A stretch of 37,631 nt of DNA from a bacterium (lineage in GTDB: Bacteria > Hinthialibacterota > Hinthialibacteria > Hinthialibacterales > Hinthialibacteraceae). The notes below the pieces were generated by a model. That model had not been told where the DNA came from. It did not search any database and saw only the letters and a list, made by a program, of their open reading frames with translations. The stretch is taken from the NCBI GenBank assembly GCA_963663405.2, contig CAXXSM010000083.1, positions 1 through 37,631 on the forward strand. Reading direction: 5' to 3'. Of the stretch, positions 28,340-37,630 are shown piece after piece; within the stretch, counting starts at the first letter, position 1; each line of letters begins with the position of its first letter. The translations under genes and the position numbers were made by a program.

Positions 28340-28939
28340 ATGAACAGCCACAAAGGAATCCGAAATTCTTTTACACTGATTGAACTGTTGATTGTTGTGG
28401 CCATCATAGGGATTCTGGCGGCCATCGCTGTGCCTAATTTTTTAAACGCGCAGGTCCGGGCTAAAATTGCAAAATGCGAATCCGAAATGAAATCATTGGG
28501 AACTGCGATTGAAATGTATCACATCGATTATAACCGGTATCCGCTGTTCGTCGGCCCGGATGGCGTCAACATTAATCCAGTCAACCGGCGCCTGATTCCA
28601 TTGACAACACCCGTCGCCTACATCGCCGCTGTGCCCCAAGATCCGTTTTTGAAGAAGATTCACGGGGCACGCGTTGTGGAAGACCAAAATGTAGCCTATG
28701 TCACATATGATTATGTTGACGCTTGGTCAGTAATCAATCATCGGGGCGCAGCGATTGTCGGCGCCAGCCTCCGGTGCTGCGAATGGCAGATCTCCGGCGC
28801 CGGCCCAGATTGCAATGCGGATACATACGGAACCGCCCCCTTATATGATGCGACGAATGGCCTCACCAGCTGGGGGGATATGTATATCCTAGGACCGCGA
28901 GCCGCGTATCCGTGCGACCCAAGTTTGATTGGAATCTGA
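28340..28939 (+). CDS. Prepilin-type protein, copy 2 (tandem duplicate)
   Basis: 181/199 residues identical to copy 1 by manual count; identical leader AGAGCTGAAAGGAACAGAAATGA at 27694 and 28321 (627-bp period). Confidence 0.9.
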   Translation: MNSHKGIRNSFTLIELLIVVAIIGILAAIAVPNFLNAQVRAKIAKCESEMKSLGTAIEMYHIDYNRYPLFVGPDGVNINPVNRRLIPLTTPVAYIAAVPQDPFLKKIHGARVVEDQNVAYVTYDYVDAWSVINHRGAAIVGASLRCCEWQISGAGPDCNADTYGTAPLYDATNGLTSWGDMYILGPRAAYPCDPSLIGI

Positions 28940-29127
28940 TCGTTTTTTGTAATCCAAATATCCACAAAAATGATTCGTTTAAAAGGGAACCAATTCCTCC
29001 GTCTCCTTTTGCATTCTTTTCAATCATGTCGCTACTCGGTAATCCGCAACGTCATACAATTCCAATTTGCCAGAAACAAAAAAACCGCGTTCACAAATAA
29101 GATAGAATTTATAGTAAAAGGATAAGA

Positions 29128-29547
29128 ATGAACCTAGACAACAAAGATTATATTGTCATAACACAGTGCCACATTGTGAAAGAACGTTGTTCGGGATACG
29201 CCTGCGAACGATCGTTTAACGAACGCTCCGGTGGATTTACCTCGTATCCGAAGAACAAAGCCTATCGGACACTCAATCTGACCTGCGGGGGATGTTGTGG
29301 ACGAGCGTTGAACCGGAAACTCAGTCATCTCATCAGAGAACTTCAAAAGAAGGAACGGATCAAAAAAGACCGGATCGTTGTTCAACTTTCCTCCTGCATT
29401 ACAAAAAATAACTACCACGGCCCCCCCTGTCCACACCTTGATTATCTGAAAAACATCATCGCAAAACTCGGTCTTGACATATGTGAAGACACGTATATCA
29501 GTAAAAGAGCCGAAGAGCGGCGAAAAGCAGGTTTATATTCGGAATAA
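29128..29547 (+). CDS. CGGC domain-containing (putative metal-binding) protein
   Basis: QCHIVKERCSGYAC, TCGGCCG, LSSCI, PPCPH Cys/His pattern. Confidence 0.85.
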   Translation: MNLDNKDYIVITQCHIVKERCSGYACERSFNERSGGFTSYPKNKAYRTLNLTCGGCCGRALNRKLSHLIRELQKKERIKKDRIVVQLSSCITKNNYHGPPCPHLDYLKNIIAKLGLDICEDTYISKRAEERRKAGLYSE

Positions 29548-29733
29548 AATGATACTATAATACTCCAATCATCATCTTTTCTTTCATATTAACTCCTTCT
29601 CATCTCTTCTTTTTTATTAGAAAAATTCGATTCACACGTTTTCTTGCTGTATAATTTCTACAATAAAATGACCTCAAACCATCGAGGTAAGTTCATGGAT
29701 TTGCCTGGAATCATGAATTAGTATAGGAGAATC

Positions 29734-32700
29734 ATGAAAAGACTAACACGATGGATTGAATTCGCTTTTGGCAATCAGATCACCCAATTCTGGAAATACT
29801 TGGGATCGGCGTTGATCCTGCTTTTTCTGTACACGCCTATCGTGGCTGCTGAGAATAATCTTGAAGCAAAGATAATCATCGTAACCAGTCCAGAACAATG
29901 GCTGACGGGTGAACCCATCCTGTTCGACGCGTCGGAATCGACAGGTGATTTCGTATTTTATGAATGGAAGATCCTAGGCGCCTCAGAAGAGATCCTTACA
30001 GAGACCACCTTCTCTCCAGCGTTTACCGTCACATTCAACACTTCCGGCAAGAAGGCGGTTCTACTCAGTCTCATTGATGAAGACGGAGAAATCCACGGTC
30101 CTGTTTATCAACTGTTTTCAATTCAATCCAGAGGAGGTACACCACCCGTATTAAGCCTCGAAAGTCTGCATATCAACAGTCCCCTTTCAGAGAGAGACGA
30201 TGGGGTGGCGTATCCAGGTGAAACGATTCAACTGTTTCTTACACTGCAAAACGCAGGAGGCCAAACCGCTTTTGATACAGATGGAAAATTGATCCCCATT
30301 CTGGGAGATATCTCCATCGATGATAACCGGAGCGTAGAAACATTTGGTGATATTGCGCCAGGCGATACCGCTGCGAACGCCAAAGGGTATTCCATTACGA
30401 TTCCAGACACCGCAGAGCCTGGAACTACTGCGATTCTTTTGCTGCAAGTTACCTATCAATCTACATCAATTATTGTGCGCGGGATCTCGATCATCGAAAT
30501 CGAACTATGGATCACTGATATTGCCCCCCCCGATCCAACACCAACTAACACACCAACAACGACTCCCACAGTTCCTCAATTGGAACTTATAGATTATTGG
30601 ATCGATGATTCTTCCTCCCTTTATCCAGACGGACAAGCGAATCCTGGTGAGACTTTTTATCTTTTTCTGACGTTCGAGAACATTGGAGGGGAGAGCGCTT
30701 TCGACGTTCGTGTGGAATTATCCACATTAATCGATGGCCTTATCATTGAGGAAAGCCGGAAACAGCAATCATTCGGCGATCTCGCGCCGGGGGAAACAGC
30801 TGTTAATACGGCTGGATTTCAAATCACGATCCCCGAAACAGCGAATCCTGGAGATTTACTTTTTCTTTCTCTTGATTGCAAATACTTGATCGGTAGTTGG
30901 GGATTTTCTGGTGAATCTAACATTGCATTGCTAATAGTAGTTAATGAGCCTTTATCCACAACGCCCACTTCTACGCCAATCCCCACTCCACTAGCGCCTA
31001 CACCCTACCCACCAGGATCCATAGAGTTCAACGGCCATCGAATCGTCCGCGACGTGGTTCCCGGTTTACCTCAATCGGGTGATGGGGCGATCAATCCTGG
31101 CGAAACGATCGCCGTAAAACTCAGCCTGACCAATCACACCGATACTGCAATCGAAGGCATTGAAGCCACCATAAGTTCCGGCAGCGCTGACATTACATTA
31201 TTAAACGACACAGTACGCTGGAATCGAATTGGAACTGGCGAGACAGCCTTCTCCGCAAATCATTTCGGCGCGGTGATCGCACAGTCCGTGACACCGCCGC
31301 ATCCGATCCCGATTCAAGTCCGCATCACAGGACCACAGGATTTATTACTCGAAGAAACATTTGAATTGTGGGCGCTTCAGTCCGTCAACCTGGGTCCCCA
31401 GAGTGGAAATGGGATTTTGCCAACTGATCTTGTCTTTGTCGATGAGACCAATCGGATCTATGTAACAAATGAACGAACGAATACCGTTTCCGTTGTAGGA
31501 CGGAGAACCGCCGCAAGTATTCCTGTCGCAGCGCAACCCGGTCCGATTATGTACGATCCCTATTTCAAGAGAATCCTTGTAGGACACCAGAATATCCCTC
31601 AAATAACAGTCATCGATCCATTTTTAGACATCGTAACACAAGAAAAACAGATTGATGAATTAGGCGGTGTTTCAGGTTTTGCTGTGGCGCCGTCACTGAA
31701 CCGTATCTTTGTTTCGAACAAAAACCTAGGGAAGATATTCATCCTGAACGCGGAGGATCTTGCGCCAGTTGATACATTAACTGGTTTCCCGTATATCTCA
31801 TCTTTGGCGTTTTTAGAATCGATACAGGTATTAGTCGTGTTGGACTCAAGCGAGCAAGTATTATCTTTGCTTCCATTCCCCGACGGAGAATCATTCAAGG
31901 CGTCTATTCCAGGTTCTGTATCCATTTATGGCCCAATGACTGTCGATGTTGAGAACGGTGAGATTTATTTCGGTGGAGACGCGCAAGGCCAAGAGGGTAT
32001 TTTTAAATACTCCATCGATTATAACGCATGGGACTTCTTCGCAACGGATCAGAGAGTTCGGACGCTGTATTTCGACACGCCAAGCAACCGGTTATTCGTC
32101 TCTTTGGTAAAACAAATGCGAAGTGATCCAAGCCTTATCGCACTCGATAATCAATCCGGTGTTCGTCTTGACGCTTCGAATATTGGAAGTGTTCTTGGAG
32201 CTATTGAGATCGAACGAAAATCACAAGATGGAAGCCTTTATGTTATCGATGCGGCGGAAAACAGGCTCTATCAATTCACTCTAGATTCATTGAATGAACC
32301 TAAGGACAACGTCATGTTAGGGAACACACCCGAGGCCGCCGTTGTAGATTCCGCGCGGGGGCGTGTGTATGCGACTAATCGTAACGCTTCTCTATTAATG
32401 GCGATTGATACCATATCCGCCAGAATACTAGAATCACTCTACGTAGGAGATAGTCCTAGTGGAGCCGCATTCGATCCAATTCGTAATATTGTTTATATTG
32501 CCTTACAAAAGGAAGACGCAGTGCTCGCCGTAAGCGCTGATGGCGCGCTGCGTGGAATTAAAAAATATGATGTGCCGTCCGATCCATTTCAAGTTGGTGT
32601 GGATACACAGAGAAACCGGATCATCGTCAGCTGTCAATCGGCCGGTAAAGTATCGATCATCGATCCCAATGAAGGAATGGTTACCTCCGTCGACGCGGGC

Positions 32701-35265
32701 CGCAAACCGTTTGGTGTGGCGGTCAACGAACGATTGGGGCGATTTTATGTAACACAGCAAGAGATAGAATCGGAAATTTTCGCATTCGAAACGGAATCAG
32801 GCAATCTACTCAAACACCTTGAATTGCCTTTAGGAACTTCCCCCGCCGCGATTGCGATCGATCAAGAAACCGGACGGATTTATATTGGGATGTTGAGACA
32901 CAAAGAAGTATGGACTTTTGATGAGGAGTTGAACCGCATTGAGAACTTGACAGCATATATTGGTGATATTATCAACAGCCTCGCGGTGGACGCAGTTCGG
33001 CGCCGTCTCTACGTTTCCGCTTTGACGGCGGGTCAACTGCGCGTATTCGATCTCGATACTCTCGAACCGATACGAACGGTGGATGTCGGGCAATCTCCCT
33101 TTGGGATTGCGGCAGAGGAAGAAACGGGCTGTGTTTATGTCGCGACAGAAGTTGGGGGATCCCTTGTTTTCTATCAAGATAAAGAAGACCAACTTACTTC
33201 CCTTCCCGCACCAGAATCTCTTCAAACCGAAAACCGGGATTCCCAAGTTTACCTGCAATGGTCCCGCGTCGATGGCGCGCAGGGATACATTGTGGAACGC
33301 AGACAGACTGGTCGCAATTCCTATATTCCTTTGCTCTCAATCCCACTGCCGGAAAATCGAACCGAATATATTGATACAGATGTAGTCAACGACCTGACAT
33401 ACCAGTACAGAATCCGCGCTGTGGATCAAGGCGAGCGCTATGGAACGCCGGTCATATCAGAACCTGTTACTCCAGAACGAATATACGAACCGCATATAAT
33501 TATCAAACCATTCACCCGGCATATCCGTCTCGTACCGGGAGAACAGGGAAGTTTCTCAATCGCTCTTAGACCCATTTCAGGATTCGCCGAATCGATTGAA
33601 ATGGCGCTAAATGGAGGAGATCATCCCCTTATCGCTTCGTCTCAAATTATCCCCGCCTCATTACCTGATCCAAGCGCGCCAAGCGTTATTCAGGTATCAA
33701 TCGAAACGCGGGAAGATAGTGGAACCTACTCATTCATCCCTCTGGAATTCTCCATCACAGATGGAGAACAGAATGAGATCATCGATCTCTTTCTTGAAAT
33801 GATCCCCCAAAGAGAAATCAGCGATGAATTTAATAGTGAAAGGGAAACGCGGATACAGAAATTCCTGGGTGGAGTAATTCCAATATCGTTGACTATGGAC
33901 CGGAAAGAGGATCCATCGGGAAACATGATTGCGATTATAAACGGGGAAATAGCGGTTACCCAATTGGACACATCGATCGATCTCAATATCCAGAAACCGG
34001 ATGGAGAAACGATCGATCTCCCCGGCGTGTTAGTAGAGAACAGCCGCTTCTCCGCCTCCATTCCAACAGGGAGCCAAGAAGAAGGGCTATGGCGAATCAC
34101 CGCTGCGTTTCGAGGGAACGATCTCGTTCCCGCCGGACAGAGTTCCCAGTTTCTTCTTCCTATCGAGACAGGGGGCGGAGGCCGGAAGAATTCCCAGTTA
34201 TCAATTCGGATGGACGAGAAACCAACCGGTTTCAGTGATGGTTCGTTCATTTTCGCCGCAGGGCCTCCATCCAACATGCGGTCTCAATCGTTTATCGATG
34301 GATTCATCGATCGCGTAGATACGATCCTAAAACAACGTAACTTTTCCGAAGGGCAACTGCGCGTCATGCGCGCGGATGGAGGATTATTAATTCCCAATGC
34401 GTTTACTCTTAACGACCTGCGAAACGCCATCAAAGAGACAACGAGTTTGAATCCACTGATCCTTTATTTCCTGACCGATATCAACCAATCAGGTCAGTTG
34501 ATTATCAATGAAACGGAACGGCTGTCTCCTGGTGATCTGAATGAAATACTCGAACAAGATCGTGAAGGGACGCCTTCTGTGATTATCGTGGATGGTTACC
34601 GGGCGAATTTATTTATTGAAAACATGAATCAAGAGAACAAGGTTCTCATCGCCTCCACAGGTTCAGGGGAAGCCAATACAGCATTGTTTGGCGTTTTCTC
34701 CGATGGCGCACAATTCAGTTTTTCCAATTTCTTTCTTGACGCTATCCATCTAGGAAAAAACATCGAAGATAGTTTCGCGGTGGCTTCACAAAAAATGATA
34801 ACATTGCAAGGCCCCTTTATAACACAAATTCCCCGTCTATACGTTGAAAACGAATCCCTCGCGCAATCACCGCTAGGAATGGGGGTGGAGACTCCCCTAG
34901 CCCCACTCACAGACCGGATCCCACCAACAATCACAGATCTGATTCAAAATCAAAACGCGGAAATGGAGGAGACTCATTTATCCCTCGAAATAGAAGCGCA
35001 AGACAACCGGGAGATCCAATCGGTCGTAGCCATTCTTGGAGACTCCACACAGGGAATCAAAATACCTCTTAAAAAAAATGAAGCGACGGGCCGGTACAAC
35101 GCTGGAATCACCGCGGATGACCTCCCTCCGACCACACCGGATCAAACCTTCATCCCCGTCTCGGTGATCTGCACAGACACAAGCGGAAACCTTTCCGAAC
35201 CGGTTGTAACCTCCATCTTGATAGGAGATAAAATGACTTGGGTACAAAACTGGTGGAAGATGTAA
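29734..35265 (+). CDS. 1843-aa secreted/surface protein: PKD-like, 3 Ig-like repeats, YVTN/YncE-type beta-propellers, FN3, caspase/C13-like fold region
   Basis: Signal peptide; ILFDASES...YEW; three DG.x.PGET...L.L.N repeats with P/T linkers; repeated RIYVTN/RVYATN/RLYVSA blades; PAPESL...LQWSRV...Y.VER...YQYRIRAV. AGGAG RBS. Confidence 0.85.
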   Translation: MKRLTRWIEFAFGNQITQFWKYLGSALILLFLYTPIVAAENNLEAKIIIVTSPEQWLTGEPILFDASESTGDFVFYEWKILGASEEILTETTFSPAFTVTFNTSGKKAVLLSLIDEDGEIHGPVYQLFSIQSRGGTPPVLSLESLHINSPLSERDDGVAYPGETIQLFLTLQNAGGQTAFDTDGKLIPILGDISIDDNRSVETFGDIAPGDTAANAKGYSITIPDTAEPGTTAILLLQVTYQSTSIIVRGISIIEIELWITDIAPPDPTPTNTPTTTPTVPQLELIDYWIDDSSSLYPDGQANPGETFYLFLTFENIGGESAFDVRVELSTLIDGLIIEESRKQQSFGDLAPGETAVNTAGFQITIPETANPGDLLFLSLDCKYLIGSWGFSGESNIALLIVVNEPLSTTPTSTPIPTPLAPTPYPPGSIEFNGHRIVRDVVPGLPQSGDGAINPGETIAVKLSLTNHTDTAIEGIEATISSGSADITLLNDTVRWNRIGTGETAFSANHFGAVIAQSVTPPHPIPIQVRITGPQDLLLEETFELWALQSVNLGPQSGNGILPTDLVFVDETNRIYVTNERTNTVSVVGRRTAASIPVAAQPGPIMYDPYFKRILVGHQNIPQITVIDPFLDIVTQEKQIDELGGVSGFAVAPSLNRIFVSNKNLGKIFILNAEDLAPVDTLTGFPYISSLAFLESIQVLVVLDSSEQVLSLLPFPDGESFKASIPGSVSIYGPMTVDVENGEIYFGGDAQGQEGIFKYSIDYNAWDFFATDQRVRTLYFDTPSNRLFVSLVKQMRSDPSLIALDNQSGVRLDASNIGSVLGAIEIERKSQDGSLYVIDAAENRLYQFTLDSLNEPKDNVMLGNTPEAAVVDSARGRVYATNRNASLLMAIDTISARILESLYVGDSPSGAAFDPIRNIVYIALQKEDAVLAVSADGALRGIKKYDVPSDPFQVGVDTQRNRIIVSCQSAGKVSIIDPNEGMVTSVDAGRKPFGVAVNERLGRFYVTQQEIESEIFAFETESGNLLKHLELPLGTSPAAIAIDQETGRIYIGMLRHKEVWTFDEELNRIENLTAYIGDIINSLAVDAVRRRLYVSALTAGQLRVFDLDTLEPIRTVDVGQSPFGIAAEEETGCVYVATEVGGSLVFYQDKEDQLTSLPAPESLQTENRDSQVYLQWSRVDGAQGYIVERRQTGRNSYIPLLSIPLPENRTEYIDTDVVNDLTYQYRIRAVDQGERYGTPVISEPVTPERIYEPHIIIKPFTRHIRLVPGEQGSFSIALRPISGFAESIEMALNGGDHPLIASSQIIPASLPDPSAPSVIQVSIETREDSGTYSFIPLEFSITDGEQNEIIDLFLEMIPQREISDEFNSERETRIQKFLGGVIPISLTMDRKEDPSGNMIAIINGEIAVTQLDTSIDLNIQKPDGETIDLPGVLVENSRFSASIPTGSQEEGLWRITAAFRGNDLVPAGQSSQFLLPIETGGGGRKNSQLSIRMDEKPTGFSDGSFIFAAGPPSNMRSQSFIDGFIDRVDTILKQRNFSEGQLRVMRADGGLLIPNAFTLNDLRNAIKETTSLNPLILYFLTDINQSGQLIINETERLSPGDLNEILEQDREGTPSVIIVDGYRANLFIENMNQENKVLIASTGSGEANTALFGVFSDGAQFSFSNFFLDAIHLGKNIEDSFAVASQKMITLQGPFITQIPRLYVENESLAQSPLGMGVETPLAPLTDRIPPTITDLIQNQNAEMEETHLSLEIEAQDNREIQSVVAILGDSTQGIKIPLKKNEATGRYNAGITADDLPPTTPDQTFIPVSVICTDTSGNLSEPVVTSILIGDKMTWVQNWWKM

Positions 35266-35302
35266 GATAGAAATCAACGGCTACGCGTCCTGAACCACTC
35301 AC

Positions 35303-35331
35303 TTGACAAAAAGATTTAATAAAAAGATAAT
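35303..35331 (+). promoter_or_regulatory. Sigma70 promoter of tRNA-Gly
   Basis: TTGACA-N17-GATAAT, 14 nt before the tRNA. Confidence 0.75.
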
Positions 35332-35345
35332 AAAAGACACAATCA

Positions 35346-35418
35346 GCGGGAATAGCTCAGTTGGTAGAGCATCAGCTTCCCAAGCTGAGGGTCGCGGGTT
35401 CGAACCCCGTTTCCCGCT
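35346..35418 (+). tRNA. tRNA-Gly (CCC), CCA end not encoded
   Basis: Acceptor GCGGGAA/TTCCCGC, D arm GCTC-AGTTGGTA-GAGC, anticodon arm TCAGC-TTCCCAA-GCTGA, T arm GCGGG-TTCGAAC-CCCGT, discriminator T; followed by CA rather than CCA. Confidence 0.97.
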
Positions 35419-35479
35419 CATTGAAAATACTAGACTTACGATCAGAACCTTCCTTCTTTAAAACACGAAAATAATCCAA

Positions 35480-35500
35480 TGGTGGCAGTTTGGTGGCAGT
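35480..35500 (+). repeat. Direct repeat TGGTGGCAGT x2, candidate integrase arm-type sites
   Basis: Perfect 10-bp copies at 35480-35489 and 35491-35500 (11-bp period), about 60 bp from the tRNA 3' end. Confidence 0.65.
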
Positions 35501-35557
35501 ACTTTCCGTATATATCCTACATAAAAAGGATTTCACAGCATTGTTTTCATGTAGAGA

Positions 35558-35884
35558 TTACATCGAATTGATCTTCTCTATTAAATTTTCAATACTGATT
35601 TTTGAGACTTGTTTTTGATTGGTATTATTGTTTAGTGGTTTCTGTTGTGTGGGAATAGGAACTGACGCGCAATTTTTTGTTTTTTCTTTTTCATACGAAT
35701 TCGATTCAACTTTGAGAGATTGAAGATCGATTCTCCAATCGCCTCCGCGACCCATTCGTAATTGGATTCGAACAGCTGGAATTTGGCCATTTTGGATTAA
35801 CCTTCGGATGTGCTTTTCTGAGTATCCAAAGATATCCGAAAATTCTCGCACCGTTACAAAACGTTTATTGAATGAAAGGTCCAT
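35558..35884 (-). CDS. Excisionase-like HTH_17 DNA-binding protein
   Basis: FVTVREFSDIFGYSEKHIRRLIQNGQIPAVRI...GGDWRID. Confidence 0.8.
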   Translation of the reverse strand: MDLSFNKRFVTVREFSDIFGYSEKHIRRLIQNGQIPAVRIQLRMGRGGDWRIDLQSLKVESNSYEKEKTKNCASVPIPTQQKPLNNNTNQKQVSKISIENLIEKINSM

Positions 35885-35971
35885 CTCTTACTTTAAGACC
35901 ATCTTCCATTAATATATTCAACTAATAAACCAAACTCATATCGTTTTTCTGTTCATCTTAGTAATCCCTTC

Positions 35972-36199
35972 TCATAACGGCTGATTCTTCTCTTCCACAA
36001 ACATGAAGAGATTCTCCTGCGCTCCTGGATCATCGCCGATCAGCGAAATTGGAAGCATGGAGCCCTTCATCAAGAGAAAATGAATTTCCCCTTTAGCTTT
36101 TTTGAAAAGAGCTGGATCCAAGGCGCCTCGATGATATCCATCGCCATTTTCATCCTGCTTCTTCTCAAAGACACTGACGAGATTGACTTTCGGTTTCAT
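35972..36199 (-). CDS. 75-aa hypothetical protein
   Basis: MKPKVNLVSVFEKKQDENGDGYHRG...; GGAAAGGA RBS before ATG 36199, 20 nt after the primase stop. Confidence 0.6.
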   Translation of the reverse strand: MKPKVNLVSVFEKKQDENGDGYHRGALDPALFKKAKGEIHFLLMKGSMLPISLIGDDPGAQENLFMFVEEKNQPL

Positions 36200-36219
36200 G
36201 ATGCTTTTTCCTTTCCGGT

Positions 36220-37224
36220 TTATTGGGATTTTGTCCTTTGAAACAAAGGACAATCTTTGGAACAGAATGATTTGATGACAGGCTCTCCGCAGCAGTAGCC
36301 GCGATACTCTTTCTCATAGGCCCACTGCGTTTGCGACTTGATTTCATGGTCCGTGATTCTTTGCTTTCCATTGATTGGCTGGTTTTTCAGGGACCATACT
36401 TTCAAAACCACCATCGCTATATCAAATGGAAGGCCGATTCGCTTGAGGTGAACGGCCAGCCGGAAACAGGCGACACGTTGATTCTCAGATACGCCTTGAT
36501 CGAGAATATCCCGGGCGCAGGGAGGCAGGGCAAAGGATTTGTGTATATCAATAGAATTAGGCTTTGATATACCGTTCTGTGGCCTGAGATCGTTCATCTC
36601 AATCGTTTCATCGAGAACGGATTCGGGAACAGGATGAATCGTTGCAAGAAAATCCCATTGATCTGGATAGGGATTAAATGAATCATTTGGATCAACAAAC
36701 ACAGTTTTCCCTTTTCGGACTAACTGACCGAACATCGGCGCGTTGATGAAATTGCCGTATTGATTGGCTGAATTGAGCCGGTCTTGTTTGGGGAACACTT
36801 CGACATCCGGACATTCAATTTCTTGGAGAATATGCTGGATCACCATCCGCGCTTTTGCGGCGAGAACGCCCTTTTCATCAAAGAAATTACAGACATGAAA
36901 TCCTTTGGATTTACTGACTTCGACATACGCGGGGATTTGATAGTGTTGAGCGCGATGAACGAATAGAACGACGGGATCAGGATCCAAATGGTCAAAGTCG
37001 ACTGCGATAGCGCGGGTGCGGTCATCCATCAGCAGAAACACTCCATACGGCCGCATCCCTTTCAGATGATTGATCAATACCTTATCTTCCACCGGTTGTT
37101 TGATGACACAACACCGCTTGGTTTTCGGATCGTAGGTCCCATAGACATTTTTCAATCCTGAAAAACGGCTTATAAAAATCTTTACTTTTTCATTTGTCTT
37201 GAGTTGATTATTTGACGCAACCAT
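36220..37224 (-). CDS. Archaeo-eukaryotic primase (TOTE/CAPP-like AEP domain) fused to a PriL-CTD-like Cys-rich domain
   Basis: IAVDFD (motif I), SKSKGFH (motif II), EVFPKQD and YGNFINAP...DQWDFL; C-terminal LPPC...FRLAVHL...YCC...FCSKDCP. GAGGA RBS. Confidence 0.8.
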   Translation of the reverse strand: MVASNNQLKTNEKVKIFISRFSGLKNVYGTYDPKTKRCCVIKQPVEDKVLINHLKGMRPYGVFLLMDDRTRAIAVDFDHLDPDPVVLFVHRAQHYQIPAYVEVSKSKGFHVCNFFDEKGVLAAKARMVIQHILQEIECPDVEVFPKQDRLNSANQYGNFINAPMFGQLVRKGKTVFVDPNDSFNPYPDQWDFLATIHPVPESVLDETIEMNDLRPQNGISKPNSIDIHKSFALPPCARDILDQGVSENQRVACFRLAVHLKRIGLPFDIAMVVLKVWSLKNQPINGKQRITDHEIKSQTQWAYEKEYRGYCCGEPVIKSFCSKDCPLFQRTKSQ

Positions 37225-37330
37225 CGTTTCTTCCTCTCTATTGCTTGGTTTTCTGCTTTTTCGAAATCGGCTTTTACTTTTTTAGCGGGAAGAAATGAGG
37301 GGATCTTTCAGGATACTCAAAAAAAAAGTT

Positions 37331-37630
37331 CTATTTTTTTGTGTAAACCTGATCGAGTAAACGGCTGGTCTGTAAATGGAGTTGGATTAATGAAGGGATG
37401 GATTCGACGAATTGCGCGGGAGAACGATCTTTGAGCCGCATGGGAATGACTTCGCTCAATCGGCGCGGGAGAATTTCTACCATCTCACGTTTGGTTCGCC
37501 AATCACACGGATCAAGATGTTTGGCGAAAATCCAGCGGATGTATCGATCTTTCCGATCGGCTTTGATCAATTCGGCTATTTGAGAGGCCAAAAACTTAAA
37601 TCCACGGCGCCCTTCATTCCCAGCGTCCTC
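37331..37630 (-). CDS. Hypothetical protein, 5' end beyond the window
   Basis: The frame of track ORF 37331..37591 is open to the right edge (EDAGNEGRRGFKFLASQ...). Confidence 0.6.
   Translation of the reverse strand, partial: EDAGNEGRRGFKFLASQIAELIKADRKDRYIRWIFAKHLDPCDWRTKREMVEILPRRLSEVIPMRLKDRSPAQFVESIPSLIQLHLQTSRLLDQVYTKK

Noticed and set aside
27713-28939. Calling the pilin-like genes gspG/pilA or an assembly artefact
   Set aside because: No secretion machinery is nearby, and the copies differ at many synonymous sites, so the duplication is real.
28912-29100. 62-aa ORF between pilin copy 2 and the CGGC gene
   Set aside because: It overlaps the pilin end, has a GTG start without RBS and shows no features.
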